A DNA stretch of 64,000 nt from the human T2T-CHM13v2.0 reference genome, Homo sapiens (GCF_009914755.1 NC_060930.1); one strand, 5' to 3'. Shown: positions 17,728-34,694, counted from the stretch's first letter. Numbers and translations: made by a program. Notes: generated from the letters alone by a model not told the origin.

Positions 17728-18558
17728 CTACAAAAATATAAAAGACACCACATAGACACTCAATGTACTGATCCTCTCAAACAAAATGTAAACACTGTGA
17801 AAGCCAAAGAAACATAGGAGTAACTTTGAAAGGGCCTACTTTGAAGAGTATTACCAGCAGCTGTAAACATAATCCAAGGTGACCTATATTTAGTCGGTAT
17901 GAGAATGATATCTCAATCCTCACAACTATCCTGACAAGCCACTTTTCATTTATCAGACTGGCTGCGATAAAGTTTGATAAAGTTTGTACTAGTGATGAGA
18001 CTGGAAGTAACAGGCTACACATTGCAGGTGGGTGTATAAATGAACACAAAACTCATAGAGAGCAATCTGTCAATAGTTACCGAAAATTACAAATGCATAT
18101 ACCCTTTGACCTTGCAATTCTATAGCTGGAGTTTGTTTTAAAGATAAACTCATAGACATGCAAAATGCCATATGCAATCCAGGCAGCTATAAACGAAGAA
18201 GGAAGAACAAAGATGTGTCCAAGATAATCCCTGATAAAATCAAAGGGGCAGAAAGGGAGTGCGGTATACAGACTTTTCTAACAAGGTAAAAGGAAGTAAG
18301 AATATATAGGGGTATGTATGTTTGCCTTGGATGGGCATAAAGAAACTTTGAAAGATTTACAAGAAACTAACCACAGTTACATTTGGAAGTGGGAGGGAAG
18401 GTGGAAAAAGAGACAATGGAGAGAAGAGATTGAACCTTGTCACAATTTCTTGATTTTTAAATCTTGTGAATAAATGTGTTATTCACTCAAGCATTTAAAA
18501 AAGGAAGGCAACAGAAAAACAGAAGAATTACAGAGTTGAAGCAATGTTTATAAAGTTA

Positions 18559-18860
<302 letters not shown>

Positions 18861-18870
<10 letters not shown>

Positions 18871-19021
18871 CAGAGGAGAGCAGAGGAGACGGGAGACGAG
18901 AGGGGAGGGGAGACAAGAGGGGAGAGGGGAGGGGAGAAGGGAGGGGAGAGGGGAGAGGGGAGAGGAGAGAAGAGAGAAGACAGGAGAGAAGAGAGAGGAG
19001 AGAAGAGAAAAGAGAAGAGAG
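18861..19021 (+). repeat. GA-rich low-complexity polypurine tract
   Basis: ~160 nt almost entirely G/A (GGGGA/GAGA units). Confidence 0.9.
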
Positions 19022-19544
19022 CAAGCATTATACTGACAAGATCAAAGTCTTGGTTTCATAATGCTTTTCTGCAGCTAAGGAAATCAGAAATGAAGTACTT
19101 GACCTACTGGCTCAAAACAAGGATCATTAAGAAGTACTAAGATACTTAAAAGTATGGTGATTACCACACTACAGGTAGAGAACAGTATAAAAAGGGGAGC
19201 ATGAATTAACAGCTACAGAAAGAGATAAAATGAACCAGAAAGCACAAACTTCTAAAACACTTAAATGCAGTGTTTTTCAAACTGCTAGTTGTATACCATT
19301 AATCATCAATTAATTTAGCAGGCTGCAACCAGCACTTCTCTTTTAAAATAAAATAAAACAGAAAATACCAGGGAACCTTACACCTACCAGAGGCAAGTAT
19401 TATTTTGCAAAACAGATTTCAATCATATAGACATATACGCTGTGCAGGTGATGGCTCACAATATAAAAGGTTTATTCCTGACTTTTGGTTTGCAATCAAG
19501 AGTTTGAAAGCTAATTACAAGGTAGATAAAGCTTGCTATTATTT

Positions 19545-19800
19545 TTGTTTAATTTGTATAAATTTAAGGATTACCAGTGCAATTTTGTTACATGGATATG
19601 TTGCCTGGCAGTGAAGTTTGGGCTTTTAGTATATTCATCACCCAAATAATGTACATTGTGCCCATTAATTAATTTCTCATCATCTACCCCCCATCCCATC
19701 CTCTCACCGTTCTAGGGGTCTACACTCTGTCCACTGAGTACACTTTATTTAGCTACAACTTATAAGTAAGAAGATGAAATATCTGTCTGAGTTGTTTCAA
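19545..19800 (-). mobile_element. L1PB/L1MA 3' end fragment
   Basis: gtgcaattttgttacatggata...catcacccaaataatgtacattgt. Confidence 0.7.
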
Positions 19801-19872
19801 GACATTAATCCTCACACATTTTCTCCTTGCGGGCTTACTCTTTTACAGAAGACTTGAAAAATCTGGCCTCCA

Positions 19873-20186
<314 letters not shown>

Positions 20187-20344
20187 TTAGGATTAATTAC
20201 TTTGAGGGAGTCTTCCTTTGTACTTATATAGTAAAATATTAAGAGTTCTTTTCCTGGGACCTACTTTGGGAAACCAAAGCCACAGCCTGTATCGCTTTTA
20301 ATTTAGAGGTGTATTCCCAGTCAAATAAAAGTCAGTAAGTTCAT

Positions 20345-20535
20345 CTGGGCGCGGTGGCTCACACCTGTAATCCCAGCTACTTGGGAGGCTGAGGCAGGGA
20401 ATTGCTTGAACCTGGGAGGCGGAGATTGCAGTGAGCAGAGATCGCGCCCCCGTACTCCAGCCTGGGCAAAAGAACAAAACTGTCTCAAAAACAAACAAAC
20501 AAACAAACAAAAAAACAAACAAACAAAAAAACAAA
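20345..20535 (+). mobile_element. Monomeric Alu (left-arm start joined to right arm) with (AAAC)n tail
   Basis: ggtggctcacacctgtaatcccagc|tacttgggaggctgaggcagg. Confidence 0.8.
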
Positions 20536-20837
20536 GAACAGTTCACCTAGGGGGCTAGCAGTTAAAAACAAAAAACAAAAACTCTCTGAGGCTCAATGAC
20601 ACAAGAAATTTTTTTTCCCACCTGGAGAAAAGATACCTCACTGTTGACAAGCAACTAATATGACCTTACAATATTCAGAAACAGATATAACTAAAACATC
20701 TCAGGATAATCTCATTTTATATTAATTTTCAAGAGAGAATGAGTGAACACTGAAGCTGTTCTCAAATACTTCATTTTTAAATGGCCTTACAAAAAGGCGC
20801 TTTACCATCACCTTTATTTTTATTTTTTTGGCCTTAC

Positions 20838-21032
20838 CTTTAAACCCAGATTTTGTGCCTGGCTTTGCACTTTCACATGCCAAACATTTGGTAGAGTCTG
20901 CCTTATTCTGCACTAGGCACAATTCACAGTCCCAGCTTCCCTCGGGTTTCTTGAACTTTTCCAATCCTAGAGAGCCTCCAGAAGGCAGAGAGACAGGTAC
21001 AGTGCTGCTACTTGAAGCAGGTACTGAACTTC
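20838..21032 (-). CDS. NUP153: NUP153 exon 17 (195 nt; zinc finger 4)
   Basis: WDCELCLVQNKADSTKCLAC at 20875-20934; T17-AG acceptor, AAG|GTAAG donor. Confidence 0.97.
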
Positions 21033-22629
21033 CTAAAAAAAAAAAAAAAAACGGGGAGTGGGGGGAGATTTCATGAAAATTTTAATTTACAGTATGTCAG
21101 TATCTTAATGGCACTGCTAAGTTTAAGTGTTCAGTTTCTAATAATATTTCCTATTAAAACACAGAATGTGCCAGAAATAGACAACTGTTCATATTTACAT
21201 TGTTTAAAAAAAAGAATAGACCTCTCTTTTAACCTTATAAATGATTTCTTTTAACCTTATAAATGAGCAGCTCATAATCACCTTGCTCACTGGTGAGCTC
21301 CCCCTTAACCACATGTTTGAACTGCTGTGGTTTAAGAAAAAAAATCATGCTCGCAAATTAGGGGCTCAAAGACTAAATTTTTCTTAAGAATCTTTTTCAA
21401 ATTTCTTCAAAGCAGCAAGCATTCTAAGACATAAGATGTAAATTGTAGGCAATATCCTAACATATAAAATACACAGCCACAGACCATATGAATTTCAAGA
21501 TTTGAAAGCATAGATCTCTGCCTCTGAATGATAGCTTTTGCACAGAAGTGCATCTACTTCACATCCACTTCACAATCTAACTTGACACCTACTACATTCC
21601 TGACATTTGTTACATGCTAGCCATTTAACAGACATTTATTAAGCATCATAATATACTTGGGTTCTGGGGACATTAAAGATGAATAAAATGTTGCTTAACT
21701 TGTAAGATGCTCATGGTCTTAAAGGGGGAAAATAAAAGCACAGTGGCACCATCACCAAGTGACAACCTAAAACAAGTGTGCAAAGAAGGAAGAAATGACT
21801 AAGAGGCAGGAAAAGGATACACAGAGGTGACAAATCTTAAGCAAAACTAGCATGTTTGTGGGAGAGGTGGCACAGGAAGAACGGCTTGGTAAGGCCCAAA
21901 ATATAGTGCTGACAGTGAAGCCATTCATTCTGGTATTCCTACTTCTCTAGATGGCCTACAACTGTCGCCACCTCTTCCATAGTTACCTAACTGATCTCTA
22001 CATTTTATAGGTATGTTCTCTTCCATCTTGCCAACCAAATTGCTCCCTGGGGTTCCATCTTGGCCCACTGTCCTCACAAACTCTCATTTACTCCAGTGGT
22101 TTTTAAATCCCCAAAAAACAGTTTCCTAATCTACACCTGCAATCTACACTTCTGAGCTTGTCACTGTAGTCTCTTAGTTGGTGACTCCACTGTCTTACTT
22201 GGTTAGCTTGGCTGGATACTCCTCCTCCTCTACATTTTTCTCAAATCTATTTCAATCAATTTCTGACTCTTCTACTGCTATTCTGGTTCATGAACCCCCC
22301 CCATTACTCCCACCACTAACCCATCTCTTGCTTGAGTAACAGCTTTTTTATTGAGACCTCTGATCCTGTTCCTTTGAAATCCATCTTCCTCTGAAGCAAC
22401 CAGTGCCATGTAGTTTTTGTTTTTCCTTTCTGGTTGCACCTTTTTAAAAGATTAACTGTTCAAAAGCTTTATTCCTGCCACTCCCTGTAAGTTAGCGGAC
22501 TTTCATTTCAGGCCATCTTGAGTGAACACACTCAACTCTACTCTCATGACTTCAAATATCAAAACTATGGATTAATGACCCCAAATCCGTATCTCCACCC
22601 AAAGGGTGTATCCAAAGGCCTTACATACA

Positions 22630-22923
22630 TTTTTTTTTTTTTGAGACAGAGTCTCACTCTGTTGCCCAGGGTGGAGTAGAGTGGCACAATCTCAGCTCAC
22701 AGCAACCTCCACCTCCCAGGTTCAAGCTATTCTCCTGCCTCTGCCTCCCAAGTAGCTGGGATTACGGGCATCCACGACCACGCCCAGCTAATTTTTGTAT
22801 TTTTAGTAGAGACAGGGCTTTGCCATGTTGGCCAGGCTGGTCTCAAACTCCTGACCTCAGGTGATCTGCCTGCCTCAGCCTCACGAAGTGCTGGGATTAC
22901 AGACGTGAGCCACCATGCCTGGT
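22630..22923 (-). mobile_element. AluS
   Basis: TSD ttacatacat. Confidence 0.9.
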
Positions 22924-23036
22924 CACATTACATACATCTGAATGTTGACTTCAGCAGCTTGAAATCAACGTCTTTAATTTTATGTCCTCCATTCCTTATT
23001 CAGTTCGATCAGTACATTATCTATTGCCTGTATCAG

Positions 23037-23885
<849 letters not shown>

Positions 23886-24238
23886 TATTGCCTATATGAT
23901 TGATACCACTTCCTAATCTATCTTCCGGTCTCCAAATTTTTTTGTTTTCAAATCCATTATCTAAAAAGCCAGTGACTCATCAAAAATACAAACTTGACTG
24001 TATCACTCCTCTGCTGAAAATGATGGTTCATCATTGAAAGGAGGACATCCAAGTTCTTTAATACATATGTGAGCTTCCTTTGTTCATGTGTAACAAATTA
24101 CTTCCTGACTCAAAGTTTTGTTATTCCCCTTCAACTTAAAATTAATTTTGCTTTCCTGCATACATCAAGGGCTTTCTTTTTGTAGGTGAGCAGGGGAACC
24201 AGATGGGAAGACAAAAATATTTCATAATGAAGATTCTA

Positions 24239-24538
24239 GGCCGGGCATGGTGGCTCACGCCTGTAATCCCAGCACTTTGGAAGGCCAAGGCGGATAGATC
24301 ACTTGATGTCAGGAGTCCAAGACCAGCCTGGCCAACATGGCGAAACCCTGTCTCTACTAAAAATACAAAAAATTAGTTGGGTGTGGTGGCATGCACCTGT
24401 AATTCCAGCTACTTGAGAGGCTGAGGCACAAGAATTGCATGCATCTGGGAGATGGAGGTCTCAGTGAGCCAAGATTGTGCCACTGCACTCCAGCCTGGGT
24501 GACACAGTGAGACTCTGTCTCAAAAAAAAAAAAAAAAA
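24239..24538 (+). mobile_element. AluS
   Basis: TSD aatgaagattcta. Confidence 0.9.
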
Positions 24539-25339
24539 GGAATGAAGATTCTAAAATCTTACTCATAGGGAAATATCCAGTAGGAATCAGAAATATGGCA
24601 TGAGGGCTCAGGCAAAAGGTCTAGGTTAGTAACTCAGAGCTGTACATTACAGACACAAAACTGCATATTCATGAATAATGCATTGAAAACAGTGTAATTC
24701 CCAGGATATCCATGTTATCATACATCTGTACCATATAATTATATAATATTACAAAACCATCATCCACTTCTGGATGAGTTAAAGATTCAATATGAATCTT
24801 CACTAATTCTTCCAACTTTGAACAGAGAAACAGAAAAAACTCAAAACTAACTCCATGTTTCTGGCTGCCTAGATTAGAATTAGTGATTTGGTAATTTACA
24901 ATCATTGCAACAGCTACAGCCTTTTCATTAACGACTATAGTCTACCCCCTAAAGAAACCTTCCCTGTAAATGACCACTAGCTATCCTGATTTCTATTTGG
25001 AGAAGTAATATTTTACTCTGTACAAAGGTTTGAGAAATATTACCCCATTCTAAGATCTTTCAGAATCTGTATTAGTCAACTTTGAACAAGAAATTTCTGA
25101 TAAAACTGTACAAAAAGAGGAGGTCGTCATATATACCAGACTAGTTAACACATAACCTATCCTAACTGAACATAAAGATCTAGCTGCAAACAAGACATTT
25201 TTACCTCAAGATAGTTTAGAAAAATTAATATGTATGAGAAATGCTCATCCTGAAACATCTAAAACAAGGATTCTTAGAATAAATTAAACTGTTCAACAGA
25301 AGTAATAAGCAAAATTACTCCATAAAGCCAAAAACATAC

Positions 25340-25957
25340 CTGGTTTCTCAGACATACAGGACACACACTTATTGTCTTCTGCATTATTAGAAACACAGCA
25401 TACTGAACACTCCCAAGATCCAATGGGCCTTTTGAATTTATCTCCAAATCCTAAGGTACCAGTGGTTACAGTGCAGCTGGAAGATGAAGCAGTCATAGTC
25501 TCAGCACTTTCCGAAACCACTGTCAATGTAAGGGCTCGCTTCACACAAGTTCCAGGTTTCGGTGTTTCACAGGCTACACATTTTATTGCTTCAGGTTTAT
25601 TTTGCACTAAACAGGTATCACAATCCCAAGTGCCTATCACTGGTTTAAATTTGTCTCCAAAGCCTGTCCCTGATGCAGAAAGAGTTGTTTTGCCACTTTT
25701 ATTTGGTGTTTCAATTCCAGTCTGTTTAGCAGTATCTCTGGGTGACAATTTTGCTGCTTGACAGGCTATGCATTTGTTGTCTGTAACTTTGTTCTGGAGT
25801 AGACATGTATCACACTGCCATGATGACCCAGCTTTTAAACTCTCCCCAAACCCAATTCCACTAGAAGAAAAGCTACTTATTGCTGGTCTTGTATAAACTA
25901 CTGGGCTTGTTGCGGTGGGCTGAGCAGCAACAGAATCTATCTTCGGCGATGCGAAAC
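25340..25957 (-). CDS. NUP153: NUP153 exon 16 (618 nt; RanBP2-type zinc fingers 1-3)
   Basis: Three W-x-C-x2-C-x3-N-x6-C-x2-C motifs at 25761-25820, 25569-25628 and 25356-25415; ttgtAG acceptor, CAG|GTATG donor. Confidence 0.97.
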
Positions 25958-27204
25958 CTACAATGAACGAAGGAGAGAGTGCAACGTTAGAGAAGCTTTA
26001 TAAATCAAAGCATTAATTTGATTATTATTACTGAGAAGACGTTTACCTCACTGCACACTTACTACAATCCAAGATGAACTACTTAAGAATTGTTTTTCAC
26101 TTAAGTAATCATATTTATCAATTACCTAATAAGTTACACTTAAACCATTTAAAATTCTACAAAAGATGTTTTGTTTACAGGATATCACCTTCTCCTTCAA
26201 GGAATTTCTAGTTTGATGCTTTCAATGGTACTAATTTACTGATATGTATTATTGCCATCCACATTTTGCTATATTCTGTCTCTCTACAAACACACAATAC
26301 TCGCAGTCCTCTTTCTCCTTCATCCATTTCTTCTTTTAAGTGTTCCATTGGCTACACCAAATGGCTTCAATGTCATCTTTGAATTTTGTCCAGTCATAAC
26401 CTACTGCTGTGGTATTCTCTACCTTCAGTAAAATCAGCTGAGCAAGTCCTTCTGTTACCAAAACTGCTGTCATTGAGTTCATTCACTCAAGCTGTATTTT
26501 ACTCATGAGAATGACTTTTGTAATTGTTTACTTAGGACCAGTTAACTTTTGTCTTACACACAACACCACCATCTGTGATCTGTTTCTCCAGCCTTACCCG
26601 CCAAAGAAAAAGAAATTAAAAGGAGAGAAGATGTAGAAGGTTATTAGAGGTTTTCTAGTTCCACAAAATAATCCAGCCTAGAGCTATTTTTAGCTTAAGG
26701 ACAAAATACCACATGCTTGAGTTATTCCCAGTGGGCAACGTGTTATTTTGCTTATGATTAATTTAAATCACTAAGATTGGCAAGATATTAACAGTAACCA
26801 TCTCAAGGCATTACAGATTTCTTTTTCTTCTACTTTTTCAGATTTTCCTAATTTCAGTCAAATGAAGATTCTCCCCAAACATTTCCTATTTAAGAAGTAA
26901 AAAGGGAGCAGGGGGAGGTTGGCATCATGAATGCAAAGTGTAACCCCAGATACACAAGACAGACTATACACATTTGAGGCTTGCCTACTACTTGGTTAAT
27001 TCCAGCACAAGCACTCTGGAGTTCTACCATAACTGCATGGAACTGTCCAAGCTACTGGACTCCTGTAGGCAGTATACTTATCTATAAAATGAGAGAGCTG
27101 GACCAGAAAAATTGAATCCTTCTAAATCCTGTTGTAAAAGCCAACCTTATTTTTTAAGAAAACCTATCTTATTACACATGGACACATCTGGTGGGTACGT
27201 TTAA

Positions 27205-27564
<360 letters not shown>

Positions 27565-28125
27565 AAGTTTTACATTCTTATACTATGTATCATAAATGGA
27601 ATTATGAACATCCTGTTTTCAAACAAAAAATTATTCTTATCTGAGAACTATTTATCCCCTTTCTAATTATTACCTACTAGCTTTCAAATCTTGCTTCAAT
27701 TCAAGTGAGTACTGCTCCCTATGTATATGTTACAATTCAGCAGATGCTTTCCACTTGGCCTTGTTCCATATTTACCAAACTGGGGAATAATTCAAGAAGG
27801 CAGTTCAGTGCTCTCATAAGAGAAAGACATGTCTATGTGTATCATCAGGTTTACTTACTCTTATTCCTCACTGACCTACCTCTATTAATGGAGAATCCAT
27901 TTCCTCCTCCTACACTTGCCTATTAGAAATTTCATTTTAGTATAGAGTCCTTTGGCTTGTAAGATATTTCCAGCAAAAGAATTACACCTAACTACATCTC
28001 TATTCAAAAGTAAATCTCCTACCAAACTAGTCAGAAATTTTTAAAAGCCTAAAGTATAATACAAAATGACATTAAATTGAGATCATGAGTTTGTAATCAA
28101 AAGGCTTATCTTTTAATTATCTTAC

Positions 28126-28251
28126 CAGGGCTTTTCAGAATATCTAGAACACTTCCTTCTTTCAGGATTTCTGCAGGTCTAAAAGGACCCTCACAATCTT
28201 CAGGTGGTGTCTTCTTACAATTTGTACTGTTCACTGTAGTGACATGATGAG
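28126..28251 (-). CDS. NUP153: NUP153 exon 15 (126 nt; AHHVTT...DILKSP)
   Basis: attacAG acceptor, CTG|GTAAG donor; ORF 28106..28312. Confidence 0.94.
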
Positions 28252-28773
28252 CTGTAATTTTTTTAAATTTAATAACATTATGCCAAATAAAACACTGGAC
28301 TCTCAAATGCATTTTTAAAAATCTTTCAAAACCATCTTTTGGATTAATTTCTAAAAGTTCATGAAAAAAGTCACTTTAATTCAATAAACAAATGACTTTA
28401 CAGGGATAATTTGCCATTACAAGGAGATAAAAACACTATTCCCATACTATATAACTTCCCCCACCAATAAAAAGGCAAAAAAATATAAACTATAATTATC
28501 GTCCAATTAACTGACTGATAATCAAAACAATCAAACTAAAAAACTGGAGAGGATATGGCAACTAGGGCAAGCCCATCCACTGCATGAAATATCTGATTAC
28601 ACAACAATTTACAAAACTAATCAAAAAAAGTAATTTTCAACTGAGCAATTATTTCATTTTTAGAAATTCACACTATTAATATAATTGAAAATATCCTTCA
28701 GTTATAATATTGAAAACCTATATGGTAAAATATTAAATAAGGGTATATGGTTACATAAATTACATAACAGTGA

Positions 28774-29109
<336 letters not shown>

Positions 29110-29440
29110 CACAAAAATCATTCTTAAAAGTGTAGTTATGGGTAAAAGCAGGTTGAAAAGTCTAGAATGTTTACATCTAAAGAGTAATGGTAGCTGCTAG
29201 CAGTAAGATGAGTGACTTACTGCTTTTACTTTTTATGCTTTCTAAACTTGCATCCTTGTATTTAGAGATCTACATTTTCAGTGTGATAATGGTTTTATCG
29301 TTATATTTTTAAGGGGCGATTTCTATTTACAGATAAAACTAAGATGTTTGGGATTGTTGAAGAGTGACCTGACATGTAAGTTTCTGTGTGGGATGGGGAG
29401 AGGAGGGATGGAACAAAAGAAACAATAAGAAACAAGATGC

Positions 29441-30060
<620 letters not shown>

Positions 30061-30239
30061 GAAACAAGATGGGTCAAAATGGTAAAAGTTGAAGCTGGCT
30101 AAATAGTATATGGGGATTCAGTCTACAATTCTACTTCTGAGAATCAAGTTTTCCATAATGAAATATACTAATAACCAAGTTTTTCTTTTTAAGTGTTTGC
30201 CAATTTAAAAAGTAGTAGGTAAAGTACTTTTGAAAAAAA

Positions 30240-31378
30240 CCTTTCCCTACCTCACACAATAAACAAAAATTCAAAATGGATCAATATCCTAAATATGACA
30301 TAAACACCATAAAACTCTTAGAAGAAAACCTAGGGAGTATAGCTTCAAGACCATGGATTTGGCAATGTATTCTTAGATATGACACGAAAAGCACAGCAAC
30401 AGAAGAAAAAAATGGACTTCATCAAAATTAAATACCTCTGTCCATTCAAGGAAATTATCAAGAAAGTGAAAAGACAATCTATAAATGGGAAAAAATATCT
30501 GCAAATCACGTATCTGGTAAGGGTCTAGTGTCCAGACTAAGAACTCTTATAACTCAGTAACAAAAAGACAAACTGTTCAATGGGTAAAGGACGTGAAAGG
30601 CATTCCTCCCTAAGATATTTAAATGGACAATAAGCACCTGAAAAAAATGCAACATCATTTGCATTAGGGAAATGCAAATCAAAACTACAACAAAGTATTA
30701 CTTTACATCCACTAGGATTGCTATAGTCAAAAAAGAGAAAATACTAAGTGTTGGTGAAGTTGTATACTGCTAATGGTAATGTGACATGGTTCAACTACTG
30801 TGGAAAACAGTTTAGTGATTCTTCAAAAAGTTTAATACAGAACTACCATCTGACCCATCAATTCCATTCCTAGGCACATATGAAAAAGCATTGAAACCAG
30901 TACTCAAACAAATACACATACACATATGTTCACAGCAGCACTATTCACAATAGCCAAATGGTGGAAACAGCCCAAATGTCCATTAATGGATGAACAAAAA
31001 TAAACTGTGGCACATCAATACAATGGAATATTATTCAGCCATAAAAGGAATGAAGTATTGAGACATAAGAACCTTGAAACCACTGTGCTAAGTGAAAGAA
31101 CTCAGCTGTACGAAGCCACATTGTATGATTCTACTTACATGACATATTCAGAATAAGTCAATCCATAGAGACAGAACACAAGTTGACAGTTAGCTAGGGG
31201 GAAGGCAGAATGGGGAGCAACTTTTTAATGGACAGGGGTTTCCTGGTGAGGGTGATAAATGTTTTGGAACTAGATAAAAAGTGGTGGCTGCACAACGCTG
31301 TCAAGGTACTAAAGGCCACTGAATTATTCCCTTTAAAATGGCTGTATCATGTCAACTTCATCACAATAACAAAAATAT
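30240..31378 (+). mobile_element. L1MB-like 3' fragment
   Basis: ttagaagaaaac, gggaaatgcaaatcaaaactaca, caatggaatattattcagccataaaagg. Confidence 0.8.
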
Positions 31379-31379
31379 A

Positions 31380-31723
<344 letters not shown>

Positions 31724-32848
31724 TTAATCACGTTCTATCTTCCTTTATAATGAAAGTTAAATTGCTTTTAGTAATTTACGGTAAAATGTTAGGATTCCCT
31801 AAAGTATGCTCAAAAAGAGGGGAAAAGGAGACAATGGAAAACTTAGCTCCTGTCACAAAGTAATCATGACTTCCACATTTTCAATTAGCTTTTTTAAATG
31901 ATAGAAGTGGTGAGAACCAACGGTGTCAAAGTGAGAACACACAACTCTAAATAGGCCACTCATAATCGACTCCTTAAAAATCTGGGTAACTTCCTGAGAT
32001 ATAATGAAACAAAGTTGTTGTAACAAATTGTTAATTATTCAGTTATCATTAGTAAAGCATTAGCAAATAGTGGGAAACATTTTAATGCCTTTCCTCATAA
32101 TAAGTCATGAAATTGGTAATTTGAAGAAATTTAATCCTCTTGAATTAATAGTTAACATTAAAGAAAAAAAACTTTTGTGACAGGAAACACAATGGAAATT
32201 CCTTATTAATTTCTATTACGTAAGGCTGTGTTAGCCAATTAAAAAAAAAAGATAAGGTTGCAAACATACCAGTCAAATTCTTAGTTTGGGCCACTTCCAT
32301 AATCTGGCCTCTTATCTTCAAGACCATTCAAAGCCAAAGATATTTCTTTAGCTTCTATGTCCTGACTCTTTTTATTTTTTAATCTATCTTTTGAGGATCT
32401 AGTTTTTAAAAATTCCCAAACTCAGAAGATCATTGAAGAAACGCTTTTCGATAAGGTAATATCTCCCAACTCATGTTTCTGCCTCTAACATGCCACTCCA
32501 ACCCACACTAGCATTCACCACACTGCTATCACTATACTCACATCCATCTCACCCCCAAGTAAAAATCATTCAACATCTCCCTAATGCAGTCAGAATAAAA
32601 TCCAATTCATTAGCATAGCATTCCAGAACTTTTAGGATTTAAAGCTACCTCTCCAACCTCATGACAAATTGTTTGCAATTCTAAAGCGTGTCATGCTTTT
32701 TCTCTTGTTCCTGTGCCCTTGAGCTTTGTGTTTATATTTCTTGGGTAAAATGCCCTTGCTCAAAATTCTTGACCTGAGTAACTCAGCTCAGGTGTTTCTG
32801 ATTTTCCCAAACACTTAAAAGAAAACCACCATTATAAAAAAACAAATT

Positions 32849-33449
32849 CGGCCAGGCACAGTGGCTCACGTCTGTAATCCCAATACTTTGGGAGGCCAAG
32901 GTGGGCAGATCACCTGAGGACAGGAGTTCCTGACCAGCCTGGCCAAACGTGGTGAAACACCTCTCTACTAAAAATACAAAAAATTAGCCAGGGGCAGGGC
33001 GCGGTGGTTCACGCCTGTAATCCCAGCACTTTGGGAGGCCAAGGCAGGCAGATCACGAGGTTAGGAGATCGAGACCATCCGAGCTAACATGTTGAAACCC
33101 TGTCTCTATTAAAAATACAAAAAAATTAGCCAGGCGTGGTGGCAGGCGCCTGTGGTGCCAGCTACTCGGGAGGTTGAGGAGGAGAATGGCATGAACCTGG
33201 GAGGCGGAGGTTGCAGTGAGCCAAGATTACGCCACTGTACTCCAACCTGGGGGACACAACAAGGCTCCGTCTCACAATTAAAAGAAAAAAAAAGTAGCCA
33301 GCAGGGTGGCAGGCACCTGTAATCCAAGCTACTGGCAGGAGAAATCGTTTGAATTCGGGAGGCAGAGGTTGCAGTGAGCCAAGACCGTGCCATTGCACTC
33401 CAGCCTGGGCAACAGAGCGAGACTCTGTCTCAAAAAAAAAAAAAAAAAA
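32849..33449 (+). mobile_element. Nested Alus: AluY-like (32993-33293) within an AluS
   Basis: Left arm, complete inner dimer, right arm. Confidence 0.88.
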
Positions 33450-33484
33450 GAATTCTATGTTTTAATTCTCTGATTATTCATTCA

Positions 33485-33785
33485 TTTCTTTCTTTTTTTT
33501 TGAGATAGGGTCTTGCTCTGTCAGCCAGCTGTAGTGTGGTAGTGCAATCATAGCTCACTGTAGCCTTGAATTCCTGGGCTCAAGCAATCCTCCCACTTCA
33601 GCATCCCAGGTAGCTGGGACTACAGGCTCACACCACCACCTGGTTATTTCTTTTTCTTTTTTTTTTTTTTTCGGTAGGGATGAGTCTCACTGTGCTGCCT
33701 AGGATCGTCTTGAGCTTCTGGCCTCAAGCAATCCTCCCACCACAGCCTCCCAAACTGCTGGGTTTACAGGAATGACCCATGGCCT
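33485..33785 (-). mobile_element. AluJ
   Basis: J-type consensus. Confidence 0.85.
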
Positions 33786-34255
33786 CCTTCCTTCAATGAT
33801 GCTGATTTCTTCGGTTCAGAAATTATGTATCACAATCTACATGGGCCTGCATAACCTTTATACATAAAAATGCTTGTGAACTGAAAGGTAAAAACTAGAA
33901 ATAAAATCTACTACAACTATAATGTAGACAACCTATAAATTTCTTATAATGAGACTTGCTTTATAACTAACTTGTCACCTTGTTTTGACTAAACAAAGAT
34001 AGTGGATAAATTTGCTACCATGCCTATCTCTCTCAAAACCAAACTGACACTTCCATTTAAGGAGCTAAGTATCTCTAAAGATAATTAATAAAAAGCACCG
34101 TCAAAAAGGTTAAATAATAGTGCCTGCTTGCTTTTCAGAGCTAATTTCATCCAAATGAAGGCATTTATAAGAATTACCAAAGGTGAAAGAAGCTGAAATA
34201 CTAATCTACTGTATGCAATTGTTTGTATGTTAAAATGTAAGAAATTTTTACTTAC

Positions 34256-34343
34256 CTGAACTACTTATAATTGGTTCTAAAGTACTACTAGAACCAGAAA
34301 GTTCTGCTGTTTTTGCAACAGGCACACTAAATGTAAATCCAAT
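34256..34343 (-). CDS. NUP153: NUP153 exon 14 (88 nt; IGFTFSVP...PIISSS)
   Basis: tttacAG acceptor, CAG|GTAAGT donor. Confidence 0.94.
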
Positions 34344-34384
34344 CTGTAAAGAGAAAGAATATCCTTATACTTCGTTTTCAATAA

Positions 34385-34694
<310 letters not shown>

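Noticed and set aside
25372-25761. 129-aa plus-strand ORF opposite exon 16
   Set aside because: Confined to the zinc-finger exon; antisense shadow
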